Positions 49,148 to 59,112 of a stretch of DNA of 64,000 nucleotides are shown piece by piece; within the stretch, counting starts at the first letter, position 1, and each line of letters opens with the position of its first letter. The stretch covers positions 384,001-448,000 of the forward strand of contig OZ245011.1 in the NCBI GenBank assembly GCA_965223665.1, written 5' to 3'. The notes beneath the pieces are model-generated. The model had not been told where the DNA came from. It did not search any database and was given only the letters and a program-made list of their open reading frames with translations. The position numbers and the translations under genes are program-made. This DNA comes from Nitrospinaceae bacterium. Lineage in GTDB: Bacteria > Nitrospinota > Nitrospinia > Nitrospinales > Nitrospinaceae.

Positions 49148-49837
49148 ATGATCAAAAGTAATCTACGTTTTATCTATTTACATGGTTTTGCATCGAGTCC
49201 TCAATCCCAAAAGGCGTCTATATTTAAGGCTAAACTAAAGGAAATCGGAGTAAATTTAATTATTCCAGATCTGGAAGCAGGAGACTTTAAATACATAACC
49301 ATTTCCAAACAAATGAAGGTCATAGAAAAAACAATAAATCAGGTGAAAGGTGGACCCGTTGTTCTGGTAGGAAGCAGTATGGGAGGTTATTTGGCAATAT
49401 TGGCTTCTCAAATTCATTCAAACGTAAAAGGACTTTATTTAATGTGCCCGGGTTTAAACTTTTTGAAACGATGGCGACAAAAGCTGTTGGATCAGAATCC
49501 TAAAATAAATGATTTTCCGCACTTGATAAGAGTTTTTCATTACCGTTACAATAAAGAGGTAGACTTGGATAAAGGATTATTTGAGGATGCTCTGCAATGG
49601 GAACAATTATTAATAGATAAAAAGCTTCCCATTCGAATTGTTCATGGGATAAATGATGAAACCGTGCCCATAGAAGTTTCCAGAAAATTTTCTAACAAAC
49701 GACCTTGGGTTAGTTTAAAAGAGTTAGAATCGGATCATTCGCTTCTTTCTCATATTTCCTGGATAATTGAAGATTGCATTCTATACTTTTGCCGGAATAA
49801 CTTTCTCAAAAATGGACCTACAAAGGAAAAATACTAA
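49148..49837 (+). CDS. YqiA/YcfP family alpha/beta hydrolase
   Basis: YLHGFASSPQS.KA, GSSMGG, HG..DETVP, SDHSL. Confidence 0.88.
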   Translation: MIKSNLRFIYLHGFASSPQSQKASIFKAKLKEIGVNLIIPDLEAGDFKYITISKQMKVIEKTINQVKGGPVVLVGSSMGGYLAILASQIHSNVKGLYLMCPGLNFLKRWRQKLLDQNPKINDFPHLIRVFHYRYNKEVDLDKGLFEDALQWEQLLIDKKLPIRIVHGINDETVPIEVSRKFSNKRPWVSLKELESDHSLLSHISWIIEDCILYFCRNNFLKNGPTKEKY

Positions 49838-50381
49838 AATCGAAAAATATCAAGGCTTAAAAAAAGCTGTCTGTTTATCAAAAATGGGTCATTTGGGGCA
49901 ATTAAGAAAAGGTCCCTTGAAGGAGCCTTTTTATAATCATCCCAGAAGGGTGTGTAAATCTTATTTAAAGTTTAAACATAAAACTCATGCAGGAGTATTA
50001 GCTGCTCTATGTCATGATTTGGTGGAAGATACTTTTGTCACTACTAATGAGATTGAAAATAACTTTGGAGTTGATGTCGCTATTTTAGTTAACGACTTAA
50101 CAAAACCAAAAAATGTTTCTTCTGAAGATTACGCGAGAAGCATCTACCAATGGCAATGGGAATCTAAAAAGCTTAAATTATGTGATATTGAGGACAATAT
50201 TTTGAGTTCTAAATTAATTAATACACATGATAGAAAAAGAATGCTTAATAAATGGAATAATTACTTAGAAAAACTTTTCCATTCAGCTAAAGGATCATTG
50301 GATGAATTGATGGAGTTTTATAAGAAATGGAATTTTGTTTACAATTTACTCCAAAATAGTTTGGCAGAATGTGCTGCTTAA
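49812..50381 (+). CDS. Standalone HD-domain protein, RelA/SpoT hydrolase (SAH/Mesh1)-like
   Basis: HLGQLRK, EPFYNHP, AALCHDLVEDT, FG..VA.LV..LTK, KLCDIEDN. Confidence 0.8.
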   Translation: MDLQRKNTKIEKYQGLKKAVCLSKMGHLGQLRKGPLKEPFYNHPRRVCKSYLKFKHKTHAGVLAALCHDLVEDTFVTTNEIENNFGVDVAILVNDLTKPKNVSSEDYARSIYQWQWESKKLKLCDIEDNILSSKLINTHDRKRMLNKWNNYLEKLFHSAKGSLDELMEFYKKWNFVYNLLQNSLAECAA

Positions 50382-50410
50382 AAATAATTATAATGAAGGT
50401 AAAAAAATAG

Positions 50411-51103
50411 ATGATTGGAAAATTTACAATTTTAATTGTCGATGATGATGAAGAAATTTTAAAACTTCTTCAGCATAAATTAGGGAAAGAAGAGAAAGAT
50501 AAGTTTAAGGTCATTGTTGCGACGGATGGTGAGTTGGCTTTGGATATAGTAACAAATAAAAAACCTGATTTGGTGATATTAGATGTAAATATGCCACTAG
50601 TAAATGGACTAGAAGTATGTCGGACAATAAGAGCTGATCCTCAAACCAAGGAAATTCCAATAATCTTTTTATCTGCGAGAAAAGATGAGGTAGATAGGAT
50701 TCTAGGCCTGGAATTTGGGGCGGACGACTATATAACAAAACCCTTCAACCCTAAAGAGCTATTGCTTAGAATTAATAATGTTTTGAAAAGAGTATATGGA
50801 GATGGAAATAAAACTGAAAACTTAACTCATGGTTTATTAAGCATTGATTTTGCGAAACATGAAGTAATAGTAAATAATCAATCCATAAAGCTGACTTTAA
50901 CAGAATTCAAATTACTTTCCTGTCTTTTGGAAAATATTGGTCAGGTTAAATCAAGAGATTATTTATTAGAACAAATTTGGGAACATGGAGACGGTGTGTT
51001 TTCACGTACTATTGACACGCATATCCAAAGACTCAGAACAAAATTAAATGAAGCAGGAGATTATATTGAGACAGTTAGGGGCGTCGGATATCGGTTTCAG
51101 TAA
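50411..51103 (+). CDS. OmpR/PhoB-family response regulator (PhoB-like)
   Basis: IVDDD, ILDVNMP, GADDYITKPF, LTLTEF, RTIDTHIQRLR, ETVRGVGYRF. Confidence 0.92.
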   Translation: MIGKFTILIVDDDEEILKLLQHKLGKEEKDKFKVIVATDGELALDIVTNKKPDLVILDVNMPLVNGLEVCRTIRADPQTKEIPIIFLSARKDEVDRILGLEFGADDYITKPFNPKELLLRINNVLKRVYGDGNKTENLTHGLLSIDFAKHEVIVNNQSIKLTLTEFKLLSCLLENIGQVKSRDYLLEQIWEHGDGVFSRTIDTHIQRLRTKLNEAGDYIETVRGVGYRFQ

Positions 51104-51190
51104 ATTTTATTTTTCTGCTCCTAATAAACACTACCTTTTTAATATAGGTTTTCCTTCCTGGGGATTGATCTGGTTATCCCGTACCGAATT

Positions 51191-51234
51191 TTGTTACAAA
51201 ATTGTAGCTTCCTTGTAATTCGATTTTAACCTTT
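51191..51234 (+). promoter_or_regulatory. Pho-box-like array, four direct repeats with 11-bp period
   Basis: TTGTTACAAAA-TTGTAGCTTCC-TTGTAATTCGA-TTTTAACCTTT. Confidence 0.55.
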
Positions 51235-51284
51235 GTTATCTACCCTGAACATGGCATTGGTTAATTAATTTTTATGAGGGAGTC

Positions 51285-51707
51285 ATGTCTAATAACAATT
51301 TAATTACTTCAGAAGTACCAATAACTGTAGGTGGACGCTTACGATATTGGAGAAAGTTTTCAGCGCTTCGGTTAGTCGATTTAGCGGCACTGATTAGCGT
51401 ATCCCAAGGGTCTTTATCGGATTTAGAAAACGATAAGTCTCTTCCATCAGCCACAACTTTAACAGGTTTATGTAAAAAAACCGATATGAATATTTGTTGG
51501 CTCTTGACCGGGGAGGGTGATATTACCCGTGAACCTGATCGAGGAGATGCCGAAATTTCTGCATTTCAAGATTTTATGAGATTAATGCAAGATCGAGAAT
51601 TCAGAAAAACTGCAATTAAGTTAATGAATATTTTTGAAAAAGGCTCATTAACGCAAAAAGCCCAAATAAAAGGGTTTTTGGCAGGTGTCGAAGCTGAAAG
51701 CATTTAA
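51285..51707 (+). CDS. XRE/Cro-family HTH transcriptional regulator
   Basis: GGRLRYWRK, LAALISVSQGSLSDLEN, WLLTGEG. Confidence 0.88.
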   Translation: MSNNNLITSEVPITVGGRLRYWRKFSALRLVDLAALISVSQGSLSDLENDKSLPSATTLTGLCKKTDMNICWLLTGEGDITREPDRGDAEISAFQDFMRLMQDREFRKTAIKLMNIFEKGSLTQKAQIKGFLAGVEAESI

Positions 51708-51732
51708 GGTTGAAATTATGATTTCGACCTTT

Positions 51733-52491
51733 TTAAGCCCCAATGGAACTTTTATTAATCCAGCCTTTTTGACCATCGGCTAATTGAATATTAACCCATT
51801 GGGGCGTTTCATCTTTTATAAAAATAATTGCCCCTTCGTGGAGAATAAATAGAGTTGTTTGTTTTTCACCAATATCTGAATAAACATTCACCTGAGGATC
51901 CATTATTACTCCATAGTTCCATTCTGAATTATATTTCCAACGTAAAGCCGTAGAAATTATTACAAACAAGAAAATTCCCGCTATCAAATTCCGAAATATT
52001 CGAAGTGTATGGGATTTATTAACAAATCCTATTCCCCAAAAAAGCCAAAATAACAAATTCAAAATCACCAAAAGCCAAATATGTTCTCTTAAAGTAAAAT
52101 CCTGAATCCAAAATAATACTGACCAAATACTTTCGGGGGATTCCCAATCCAGCATGTCCTCTGTATTTTTAACTGCAAACTTAAGGTTAGCTTCTACATC
52201 TTCATTTCGAGGAAGAAAAAAAGAAGCTTTTAAGTAGTTTAGAATAGCTGGTCCGGTCTTACCAATTTTTATATATGCGTTTCCTAAATTATAGTAAAGA
52301 TGTCCGCTTTCCCACCCCTCAGTAACTAAATTTTTATAAACCAATACCGCTTTATTAAAATTCCCTTGCCTATATAAAGTATTAGCTTTTTGTAACTGTT
52401 CAAGATTTAATCCAAAACCATTCTGAATCCAGATCGTTTGAGAGAAAAGGATGATTAGCGTTGTATATTTCAGCCTTTTTAAAAATGGCAT
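51733..52491 (-). CDS. batE: BatE-like TPR + SH3 protein
   Basis: LYYNLGNAY.K, AILNY, P.NEDV.ANL; LHEG, LADGQKGWI. Confidence 0.85.
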   Translation of the reverse strand: MPFLKRLKYTTLIILFSQTIWIQNGFGLNLEQLQKANTLYRQGNFNKAVLVYKNLVTEGWESGHLYYNLGNAYIKIGKTGPAILNYLKASFFLPRNEDVEANLKFAVKNTEDMLDWESPESIWSVLFWIQDFTLREHIWLLVILNLLFWLFWGIGFVNKSHTLRIFRNLIAGIFLFVIISTALRWKYNSEWNYGVIMDPQVNVYSDIGEKQTTLFILHEGAIIFIKDETPQWVNIQLADGQKGWINKSSIGA

Positions 52492-52493
52492 AA

Positions 52494-54281
52494 TTATTTC
52501 TCCAGGCTGCTAATAACTTTTTTAGATTCTTCAAATAAATCTTGCATCTTGAGATTGGATCCATTTGCATATTGAAGTAGCTCAAGTTTATCGAGTAGCT
52601 CTCTTGTCTGGATAATCTGTTCTTGAGGATAACCTCTTTGCTGAAGTTGTTCAGTAACTTCTAAAGATGTAAATGCAGTACCAATAAGATTTAATTTGTT
52701 TCCAATATATTCCCGGACAATAAGAGAAAGTCTTTTACCCATATCTTTTAAATTTGTGCTTTGGGAAATTTTGTCTAATTGGGTTTTGGCTTGTTTGAAT
52801 GCCAATTTGTTTCTAGAAAAAGCGATGTCATGTTTTAATTGATACTGATGCTTTGAGTAAAAAACAAATCCCCAAAATAGGATAGGAGGAAGGAATATTC
52901 CTAAGCCAAAAAATATATATTCATTAGTGGAAAACCGTTGATTGGAGAATAGGGTTAAATTGGTATGAATTGGTAAAATATCTTGTCCTAAGGTATTTAC
53001 AGAAGACCGACTTTTTCCCAAATTATTTTTGGAAGATTCTACCACTTTCATTGATCCGGACTGTGATGAAGGAGTTACATTTAAAAAAATAGGCTTTGTT
53101 TGAATCGTTTGGTATTTGGCTTTTGAAACATCAAAATATGATAGAGAAATTGGTGAAATAGTTAAATCTCCAGAAACCATAGGGACCAAGGCAAATTTAT
53201 ATATTTTGGTTCCGGATATTTTTTTGTCTATTACAGTCTGCATAAATTCTGGTTGATCTTTATATATTTTAAAATCGTTTCCCAAATCAGGGATAGCTAT
53301 GTTAATAGCTTGTGCATTTCCTTTTCCTGAAGCAGTCAGTGTTAATGTAGTGGTTTCTCCTACTTCTAATTCCTTTCTACTAATATTTGCGGAAATATTA
53401 AACTGCCCAACCAGGTTAGAAAAGTTTTTGGGACGATTCTTCTTGGGTAAAGGTTTAACTTTAAGACTAATTGGATTAGTAAGGAGATTTTTATGGTCAG
53501 TCTTTACAACATTCGTAAAAAAGGGATCGGAAAAAAATGAATCTAAATTTCCAAAACCTCTTTTACGTTTATTTCTATAAACAATATCAACACCCAACGT
53601 AGCGGATGGAATTTCTATGGAACCGGATTTTAGAGGAAATAATACGGTTTGAATTTCGTAAACCTGATAACGGAGTCCATTAATTACTCTGGTGTATTTT
53701 TTTGGCTCTCCATAATCTTCTTCTCGAAATGTATCTAATTTAATATCTAAAGACAAATTTCGGATCTCGACTTTATAATACAATTTAACAGTGAAAATTA
53801 TTTGCTCATTAATAAATGGCTGATTATTTGAAATGTATGCTTCTGCAAATATATCGGATTGAGTTCCAGGTTGATAAACTTGTTTTTTAACGTTAATGGT
53901 AATCGGAGCGGTTAAGTAGGGATTGCCGTCAATTTCCATTGTTATTGGAGCAATGGTAAAAGTTCCAACAGATTTTGGTATTAATTGATAGTTAAATGTT
54001 ACCGAGGAAGCTTTTTTACCATTTACAATTTGGATGGAAGAAGAGGATCCTTGCGATTTGACTTGAAAGTTTGGAAGTGAGGGAAGAGTTGGGGGAAGAG
54101 AATCCCCCTTGCCCTGAATTGTTACAGAAAAATTTAGAGTATCTTCAAGGGTGATTTCTGTGTTATCAGTGCTTGCTGAAATTTGAATTTCTTCTGCAAG
54201 GGCACTTTCTGCAAGTAAAAAATAAAATGATAAAAGTATTAAGAAAAAAAAATTAGAAAAATATGAAATTTTATTATTCAT
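52494..54281 (-). CDS. batD: BatD family protein
   Basis: Signal peptide, SSSSIQIVNG, VKPLP..RP..F...VGQF, C-terminal TM; position in bat cluster. Confidence 0.85.
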   Translation of the reverse strand: MNNKISYFSNFFFLILLSFYFLLAESALAEEIQISASTDNTEITLEDTLNFSVTIQGKGDSLPPTLPSLPNFQVKSQGSSSSIQIVNGKKASSVTFNYQLIPKSVGTFTIAPITMEIDGNPYLTAPITINVKKQVYQPGTQSDIFAEAYISNNQPFINEQIIFTVKLYYKVEIRNLSLDIKLDTFREEDYGEPKKYTRVINGLRYQVYEIQTVLFPLKSGSIEIPSATLGVDIVYRNKRKRGFGNLDSFFSDPFFTNVVKTDHKNLLTNPISLKVKPLPKKNRPKNFSNLVGQFNISANISRKELEVGETTTLTLTASGKGNAQAINIAIPDLGNDFKIYKDQPEFMQTVIDKKISGTKIYKFALVPMVSGDLTISPISLSYFDVSKAKYQTIQTKPIFLNVTPSSQSGSMKVVESSKNNLGKSRSSVNTLGQDILPIHTNLTLFSNQRFSTNEYIFFGLGIFLPPILFWGFVFYSKHQYQLKHDIAFSRNKLAFKQAKTQLDKISQSTNLKDMGKRLSLIVREYIGNKLNLIGTAFTSLEVTEQLQQRGYPQEQIIQTRELLDKLELLQYANGSNLKMQDLFEESKKVISSLEK

Positions 54282-54293
54282 TAATAATTTAAT

Positions 54294-55163
54294 TTACCAA
54301 TCCTTGCCATTATTAACAAAAACATCTTTCATTTCACCTTGCATTTGCCGTCGGTTGAATTTTTTAATATCTTCGTTTAAAGAATCCAGCCATTGCTCCG
54401 CTTCTTCTTTTGACATCGAAGTGATTTGCTCAATAGCCTCTTCTGTGGTTTGTTGGTCTAATTGATTAGATTGGCTTGAAGAGTTTTTATTTTCTGCTTT
54501 TTTAGGAGATTTAGGAACTTCCCCATCCAAATGGTTTTTATCAGAGTTTTGCTGAGCTTGATTTTCTTCATCAGATTCATCTGAACTTGGGGCATTAGAA
54601 TCGCTTTGATTTTCGTTATTAGCCTTAGAGTCAGCAGGATTATTGGCATTTTCGGTAGGGTTTTGTTTTTGAGATTTATCTCTCGGTCCTATATTCCCTG
54701 TTCTTTGAGCTTTTTCCAATTGCTTTCTTGCAAACTCCAAATTGAACTTACTATCTTTATCGTTCGAGTCCAACTCTAAAGCTTTTTTATAGGATTGGAT
54801 AGCTTTGTCCAGATACCCCAACCTGTAATAAGCGTTTCCCTGGTTGTAATAAGATTTTTGTTTTAATTTAGGATCATTGGAGTTTTTCAAAGCCTTATCA
54901 TATTCTTCCACGGATTGTTCGTAGCGACCAACACGAAAATTACTGTTTGCTAAATTATAAGCTAAATTCGGGTTCTCCGGATCTTCTGCTTGAGCTTCAA
55001 TGAATTTGTCGGTTGCTTCTTTATATTTTTCTTGATTATAAAATGTAATGCCCTCGTTGAGAGCCGAAGAGGATGAGTTCGCAGAGGTTTGATTCAGGAA
55101 AAATGTAAAAGAAGTAATGAAAACTATAAAAACCGTGGTAACTACGCGTGAAAACATAACCAT
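54294..55163 (-). CDS. batC: BatC-like TPR protein
   Basis: TPRs YNLAN/YNQGNAYY, Q/N-rich linker, MSKEEAEQWL, terminal KDW. Confidence 0.82.
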   Translation of the reverse strand: MVMFSRVVTTVFIVFITSFTFFLNQTSANSSSSALNEGITFYNQEKYKEATDKFIEAQAEDPENPNLAYNLANSNFRVGRYEQSVEEYDKALKNSNDPKLKQKSYYNQGNAYYRLGYLDKAIQSYKKALELDSNDKDSKFNLEFARKQLEKAQRTGNIGPRDKSQKQNPTENANNPADSKANNENQSDSNAPSSDESDEENQAQQNSDKNHLDGEVPKSPKKAENKNSSSQSNQLDQQTTEEAIEQITSMSKEEAEQWLDSLNEDIKKFNRRQMQGEMKDVFVNNGKDW

Positions 55164-55185
55164 TACTATTTAAATTACTCATCTC

Positions 55186-55220
55186 AAAAACTAATAGTTG
55201 ACCCAATGGCCAACTATTAG
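55186..55220 (-). terminator. Intrinsic terminator after yccA
   Basis: Minus strand CTAATAGTTGGCC-ATTG-GGTCAACTATTAG-TTTTT. Confidence 0.8.
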
Positions 55221-55246
55221 CGGTAACCAATAAGATTTAATTTATC

Positions 55247-55951
55247 CTATCTTCGATCACCCATGATTCTGAGAAGCATTAGAAACAAGTTTATGAAATC
55301 CAAATAAAGGGTCAAAGCCCCGCTAATTGCTTCTTTTGTATCTTCATCGGTGCCTTCGTTACCTAGAATATTCATTTCTTTTATTTTTTGGGTGTCGTAA
55401 GCGGTAAGCCCTACAAAGATCAAAACTCCGGCATAAGTTACTACCCAATATACGGTTTCATTATTTAGAAACATGTTTACGATGGAAGCAATGATGATTC
55501 CAATAAGCCCCATAAATAAAAAACTTCCCCAAGAGGTAAGGTCTTTCTTTGTGGTGTAACCGTAAAAACTCATTGCGGCAAAAGTGCCTGCAGTGACAAG
55601 AAAAGTAGAAGTAATAGAAGATGCTGTATAAACAATAAAGATGGATGAGAAGGTTAATCCAGTAAGGCCTGCATATAATAGGAAAACACCTGTTGCTTGA
55701 CTGGCAGACATTTTTTTTACGGCCATTGCTAAATATACAACAAGACCTAATTGTGCAATTACTAGGACAATGGGTACAATTGGATTGCCAAAAATTAACT
55801 TTAATAGAGTTGGACTATTTGCGACCATATAAGCAGTTCCCCCGGTCATGCCCAAACCTACAGTCATCCAGTTATAGACGCGCACCATAAAACGTTGTTG
55901 TTCTTCTGCGGCTGCTTGGGGACTTGCATACACTTGTTGTCGGTATTCCAT
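55247..55951 (-). CDS. Bax inhibitor-1/YccA family membrane protein
   Basis: FMVRVYNWM, YGYTTKKDLT, GLTAYDTQKIK, ALTLYLDFINLF. Confidence 0.93.
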   Translation of the reverse strand: MEYRQQVYASPQAAAEEQQRFMVRVYNWMTVGLGMTGGTAYMVANSPTLLKLIFGNPIVPIVLVIAQLGLVVYLAMAVKKMSASQATGVFLLYAGLTGLTFSSIFIVYTASSITSTFLVTAGTFAAMSFYGYTTKKDLTSWGSFLFMGLIGIIIASIVNMFLNNETVYWVVTYAGVLIFVGLTAYDTQKIKEMNILGNEGTDEDTKEAISGALTLYLDFINLFLMLLRIMGDRR

Positions 55952-56102
55952 TATTTAAAACTCCTTGATCATTATTTAAGTAGAGGTTTACAAATTCAAC
56001 GGGTCACTAGTAGCATATAAAATTTACCCTATGCTTTGTCAAGCCCTATGAGGGTAAAAGCCCATTATACAGGAATTTCGTAAGGCTTTGTAAAACAATA
56101 TC

Positions 56103-57101
56103 TTATTTTGTTGTTCGCTCCCGCAAAGCTTGTTCACTCATTAATAGAACAAGGGCAAAACCCAATATCCATTGAAACCGATGGGTCCAACGTTTTCTAT
56201 GAGAGGATTTTAAGGCTTTTTTTTCAATTTTTTGTTTAATGTCTTCTAAATATATTTTTTCCAAATCCATGTTTCCCATCACTGATCGGACATAAGTTCC
56301 ACCCGTTTTTAATGCAATTTGTTGTAAGGTGGATTCGTCAATTTTTGACAGAATTACTTCCCCCTTGGAATCTTTAATGAATCCACCTCCTGAATCCAAA
56401 TCTGGAATGGGTGCGCCTGTAGGTTGCCCGATGCCAATAACAAATACGCGCACCTTTTCATTTTTGGCCAATTCGGCAGATTTTATAGCTGCTCCTTCAT
56501 GATCTTCTCCATCGGTGATAAGAATTATGGATCGGGATTTTTTCTCGATTTGGCTAAACCCTTTGATTGCAGTTTGAATTGCGTGACCAATTGCGGTCCC
56601 TTGAAGGGGAATTATATCTGTGTCTAATGAATTTAAAAATATTTCTGCTGCCTGGTAGTCTAATGTAAGAGGGCATTGTAAGAAACTTGTTCCTGCAAAA
56701 GCGACAATTCCAACTCGATCTCCATCCAGCATCCTTAATAGATCAATAACTTTATATTTAGCTCGTTCTAAACGATTGGGCTTTATATCACTGGCAAGCA
56801 TGCTTTTTGAAACATCTAAAACAATCATGATGTCTACCCCTTCTTGAGTTAAGTCCTCCCACTTAAATCCAAGTTGAGGTTGTGAAAGTGCAAAAATCAA
56901 TAAGGCAAAGGCAATAACCCAAAGAGATCCCTTGCTATGCCTTTTTTTCCAAAGTAAAGGATTTGTCAATCTAGAAATTAGTGGAGATTGAATAAATTTT
57001 TGAGCCAATCGTTTTCTTTTTTTTTCAGCCCAAATTAAAAAAAAGATAATAGGGATCAAAAGAAATAAAAAAATTAGATATTGGGGATTTCCAAATTGCA
57101 T
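56103..57101 (-). CDS. batB: BatB-like VWA domain protein
   Basis: LDVSKSM.ASDIKPNRL, GDRVGIVAFAG, PLTLD, ITDGEDH. Confidence 0.88.
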   Translation of the reverse strand: MQFGNPQYLIFLFLLIPIIFFLIWAEKKRKRLAQKFIQSPLISRLTNPLLWKKRHSKGSLWVIAFALLIFALSQPQLGFKWEDLTQEGVDIMIVLDVSKSMLASDIKPNRLERAKYKVIDLLRMLDGDRVGIVAFAGTSFLQCPLTLDYQAAEIFLNSLDTDIIPLQGTAIGHAIQTAIKGFSQIEKKSRSIILITDGEDHEGAAIKSAELAKNEKVRVFVIGIGQPTGAPIPDLDSGGGFIKDSKGEVILSKIDESTLQQIALKTGGTYVRSVMGNMDLEKIYLEDIKQKIEKKALKSSHRKRWTHRFQWILGFALVLLMSEQALRERTTK

Positions 57102-57102
57102 A

Positions 57103-58101
57103 TTAGGGAATCCTCCGCATTTGGGTTTGGCTTAGTAAGGCTTCTAAAAGCAAAAGAAATATTCCGGGAATTAAAAACAATGGAAACAATTCATTGAATT
57201 CACTATGGTCAATCCATTTTACTTCTGATTTTTCCAAACTATCAATTTGCTCATAAATCTTTTTTAAAGAGTCTGAATCTGTGGCTCTGAAATATTTCCC
57301 ACCAGTTAAATTGGATATTTTTTTCAAGGTTACTTCGTCTAACGCAACTTCTTGATAGACAACCTGTGTGCCAAAAGGAGTGTCTACCATAAAAGGTGCT
57401 TTACCTTGGGTTCCTACACCTACTGTATATATTTTAATCCCTAGCGCATTTGCTATTTTTGCGGCTTGGAAGGGTAGAATTTTCCCTGCATTATTTTGTC
57501 CGTCTGTTAAAAGTATGATTAACTTGGATTTTGATTTTAAATCCTTCAATCGTTTGGTAGAAATTCCAATGGCAGAACCAATAGCAGTGGAATCGCCTGC
57601 TATCCCAATTTTTAGTTTATCCAGGAAAGAGAAAAGGATGTCATGGTCTAAAGTGAGAGGACATTGAGTGAATGCCTCATTTCCAAAAACAACCATTCCC
57701 ACTCGGTCGAATTCACGTCCTTCAATAAAGTCGTTTACTACCTGTTTCACTATAGTAAGTCGATCCACCTGTTTATCATTTTTAATAAAGTCCATGGCTC
57801 GCATACTACCCGATGTGTCGATGGCAAGCATAATATCCACACCCGCAGAGAGGATTTCTGTGCTTTTTCTACCTTCCTGGGGTCGAGCTATTGAAATGAT
57901 AATGAGAATTACTGCGATGCATCGCAAAATAAAGGGGATATGACTTATATAGAAAAGTTTTTTAGGATTTAGTTTTTTTAATCCAGCCAATCCTGAAAAA
58001 TTAAAGGTAGCAGGTTTAGTTTTCCAGTTGTTAATTATCATCCATGGAATAATAACAAGTAATGAAAAAAACAATGGATCTTCAAATCGAAAATAACTCA
58101 T
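57103..58101 (-). CDS. batA: BatA-like VWA domain protein
   Basis: IDTSGSM.AMDF, DRVGMVVF, TAIG.AI, LLTDGQNNAG, TGGKYFRA. Confidence 0.9.
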   Translation of the reverse strand: MSYFRFEDPLFFSLLVIIPWMIINNWKTKPATFNFSGLAGLKKLNPKKLFYISHIPFILRCIAVILIIISIARPQEGRKSTEILSAGVDIMLAIDTSGSMRAMDFIKNDKQVDRLTIVKQVVNDFIEGREFDRVGMVVFGNEAFTQCPLTLDHDILFSFLDKLKIGIAGDSTAIGSAIGISTKRLKDLKSKSKLIILLTDGQNNAGKILPFQAAKIANALGIKIYTVGVGTQGKAPFMVDTPFGTQVVYQEVALDEVTLKKISNLTGGKYFRATDSDSLKKIYEQIDSLEKSEVKWIDHSEFNELFPLFLIPGIFLLLLEALLSQTQMRRIP

Positions 58102-58105
58102 TCAA

Positions 58106-59107
58106 TTATTTGTTCGTTAAAGCAGTTTCTTGTTTATGTTGATTCTGGTGAGTGGTCATTAAAACAAAGTCATTTATAGACTCTATATCATCCAAAGATG
58201 TTTGGGTGTTTATGGGTGCTTTAGCAAACTTTACCTGGTCCGTTTTTTGTAAAAGTTGAATTGCATTTTCCTGAATTTCAAAAGGAATATTTTTTTTCTC
58301 GAAATAGAACTTAATTTCTTCAGTCGTCCAATCTAGTGCCGGTATGTTAAATATTGCTCCCAAATAACGTCTAAATATTTCAGATAGTTCAAAGTAGTGA
58401 TCCTGAAAAAAACCCTGTTGAATTAAATTTTTTTGTAATAAACCCTGGAGTTCAATTTTAATTAATTCTTGGGCTGATGGGGTTTGATTATCCAAGGGAG
58501 CATTGTTTTCGTGCTTCGGTTGACTGGCCCATTTAAAAAACACAATTAGAATGGCCAGTCCAGCAAGTATAGACCCTATAACTAATAACCATTTTTCCCA
58601 AGCCGGTCTTGCCCCAATAATAGGTTTAATGTCCTTTATGTCTGTTGGTTCACCGTCTTCATAAAGAACTGATCTAACCACAATAGAATTTTTTGGGGCA
58701 AAAATTTGCCCTGGGATTAGAGTGTTAGGATTTTTAGGATTAGGGATCGTGAAATTGACCTGGATTTTTGGAAATGTGAAATTTCCCACTTTATCTGCAC
58801 GTAACTGGAACCAAAAGTTTTCTATTATTTGTCCTTCTTTTTTTTGAGAGGGAAGGCTTCCTTGATCTACAAATTCAAAGTCAGAAAAAACCATAGAAGG
58901 ATTGGGAGGAGCAATTTTAATTTCCGGATCATGTTGAATCGATATTGAGTATGTAAATTTATCTCCTACAGTCACTTCTTTTTTATCTATGTTTGAGGTT
59001 GTTGATATAGGCGATTTCGAATTTTTTGCATCCCCAAATACTGGGGATTTTTGTTGGATAATTAAACTGAAGCTGGTTAGAAATAAAATAATTAATATTT
59101 TTTTCAT
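58106..59107 (-). CDS. Bat-cluster membrane protein (Ig-like periplasmic part, TM, helical tail)
   Basis: Signal peptide, DIKDIKP, TM, LSEIFRRYL, TTEE, D.VKFAK. Confidence 0.78.
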   Translation of the reverse strand: MKKILIILFLTSFSLIIQQKSPVFGDAKNSKSPISTTSNIDKKEVTVGDKFTYSISIQHDPEIKIAPPNPSMVFSDFEFVDQGSLPSQKKEGQIIENFWFQLRADKVGNFTFPKIQVNFTIPNPKNPNTLIPGQIFAPKNSIVVRSVLYEDGEPTDIKDIKPIIGARPAWEKWLLVIGSILAGLAILIVFFKWASQPKHENNAPLDNQTPSAQELIKIELQGLLQKNLIQQGFFQDHYFELSEIFRRYLGAIFNIPALDWTTEEIKFYFEKKNIPFEIQENAIQLLQKTDQVKFAKAPINTQTSLDDIESINDFVLMTTHQNQHKQETALTNK

Positions 59108-59112
59108 TATTT

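Noticed and set aside
51285-51707. Prophage repressor marking a prophage
   Set aside because: No integrase, structural or other phage genes nearby and no S24 peptidase domain.
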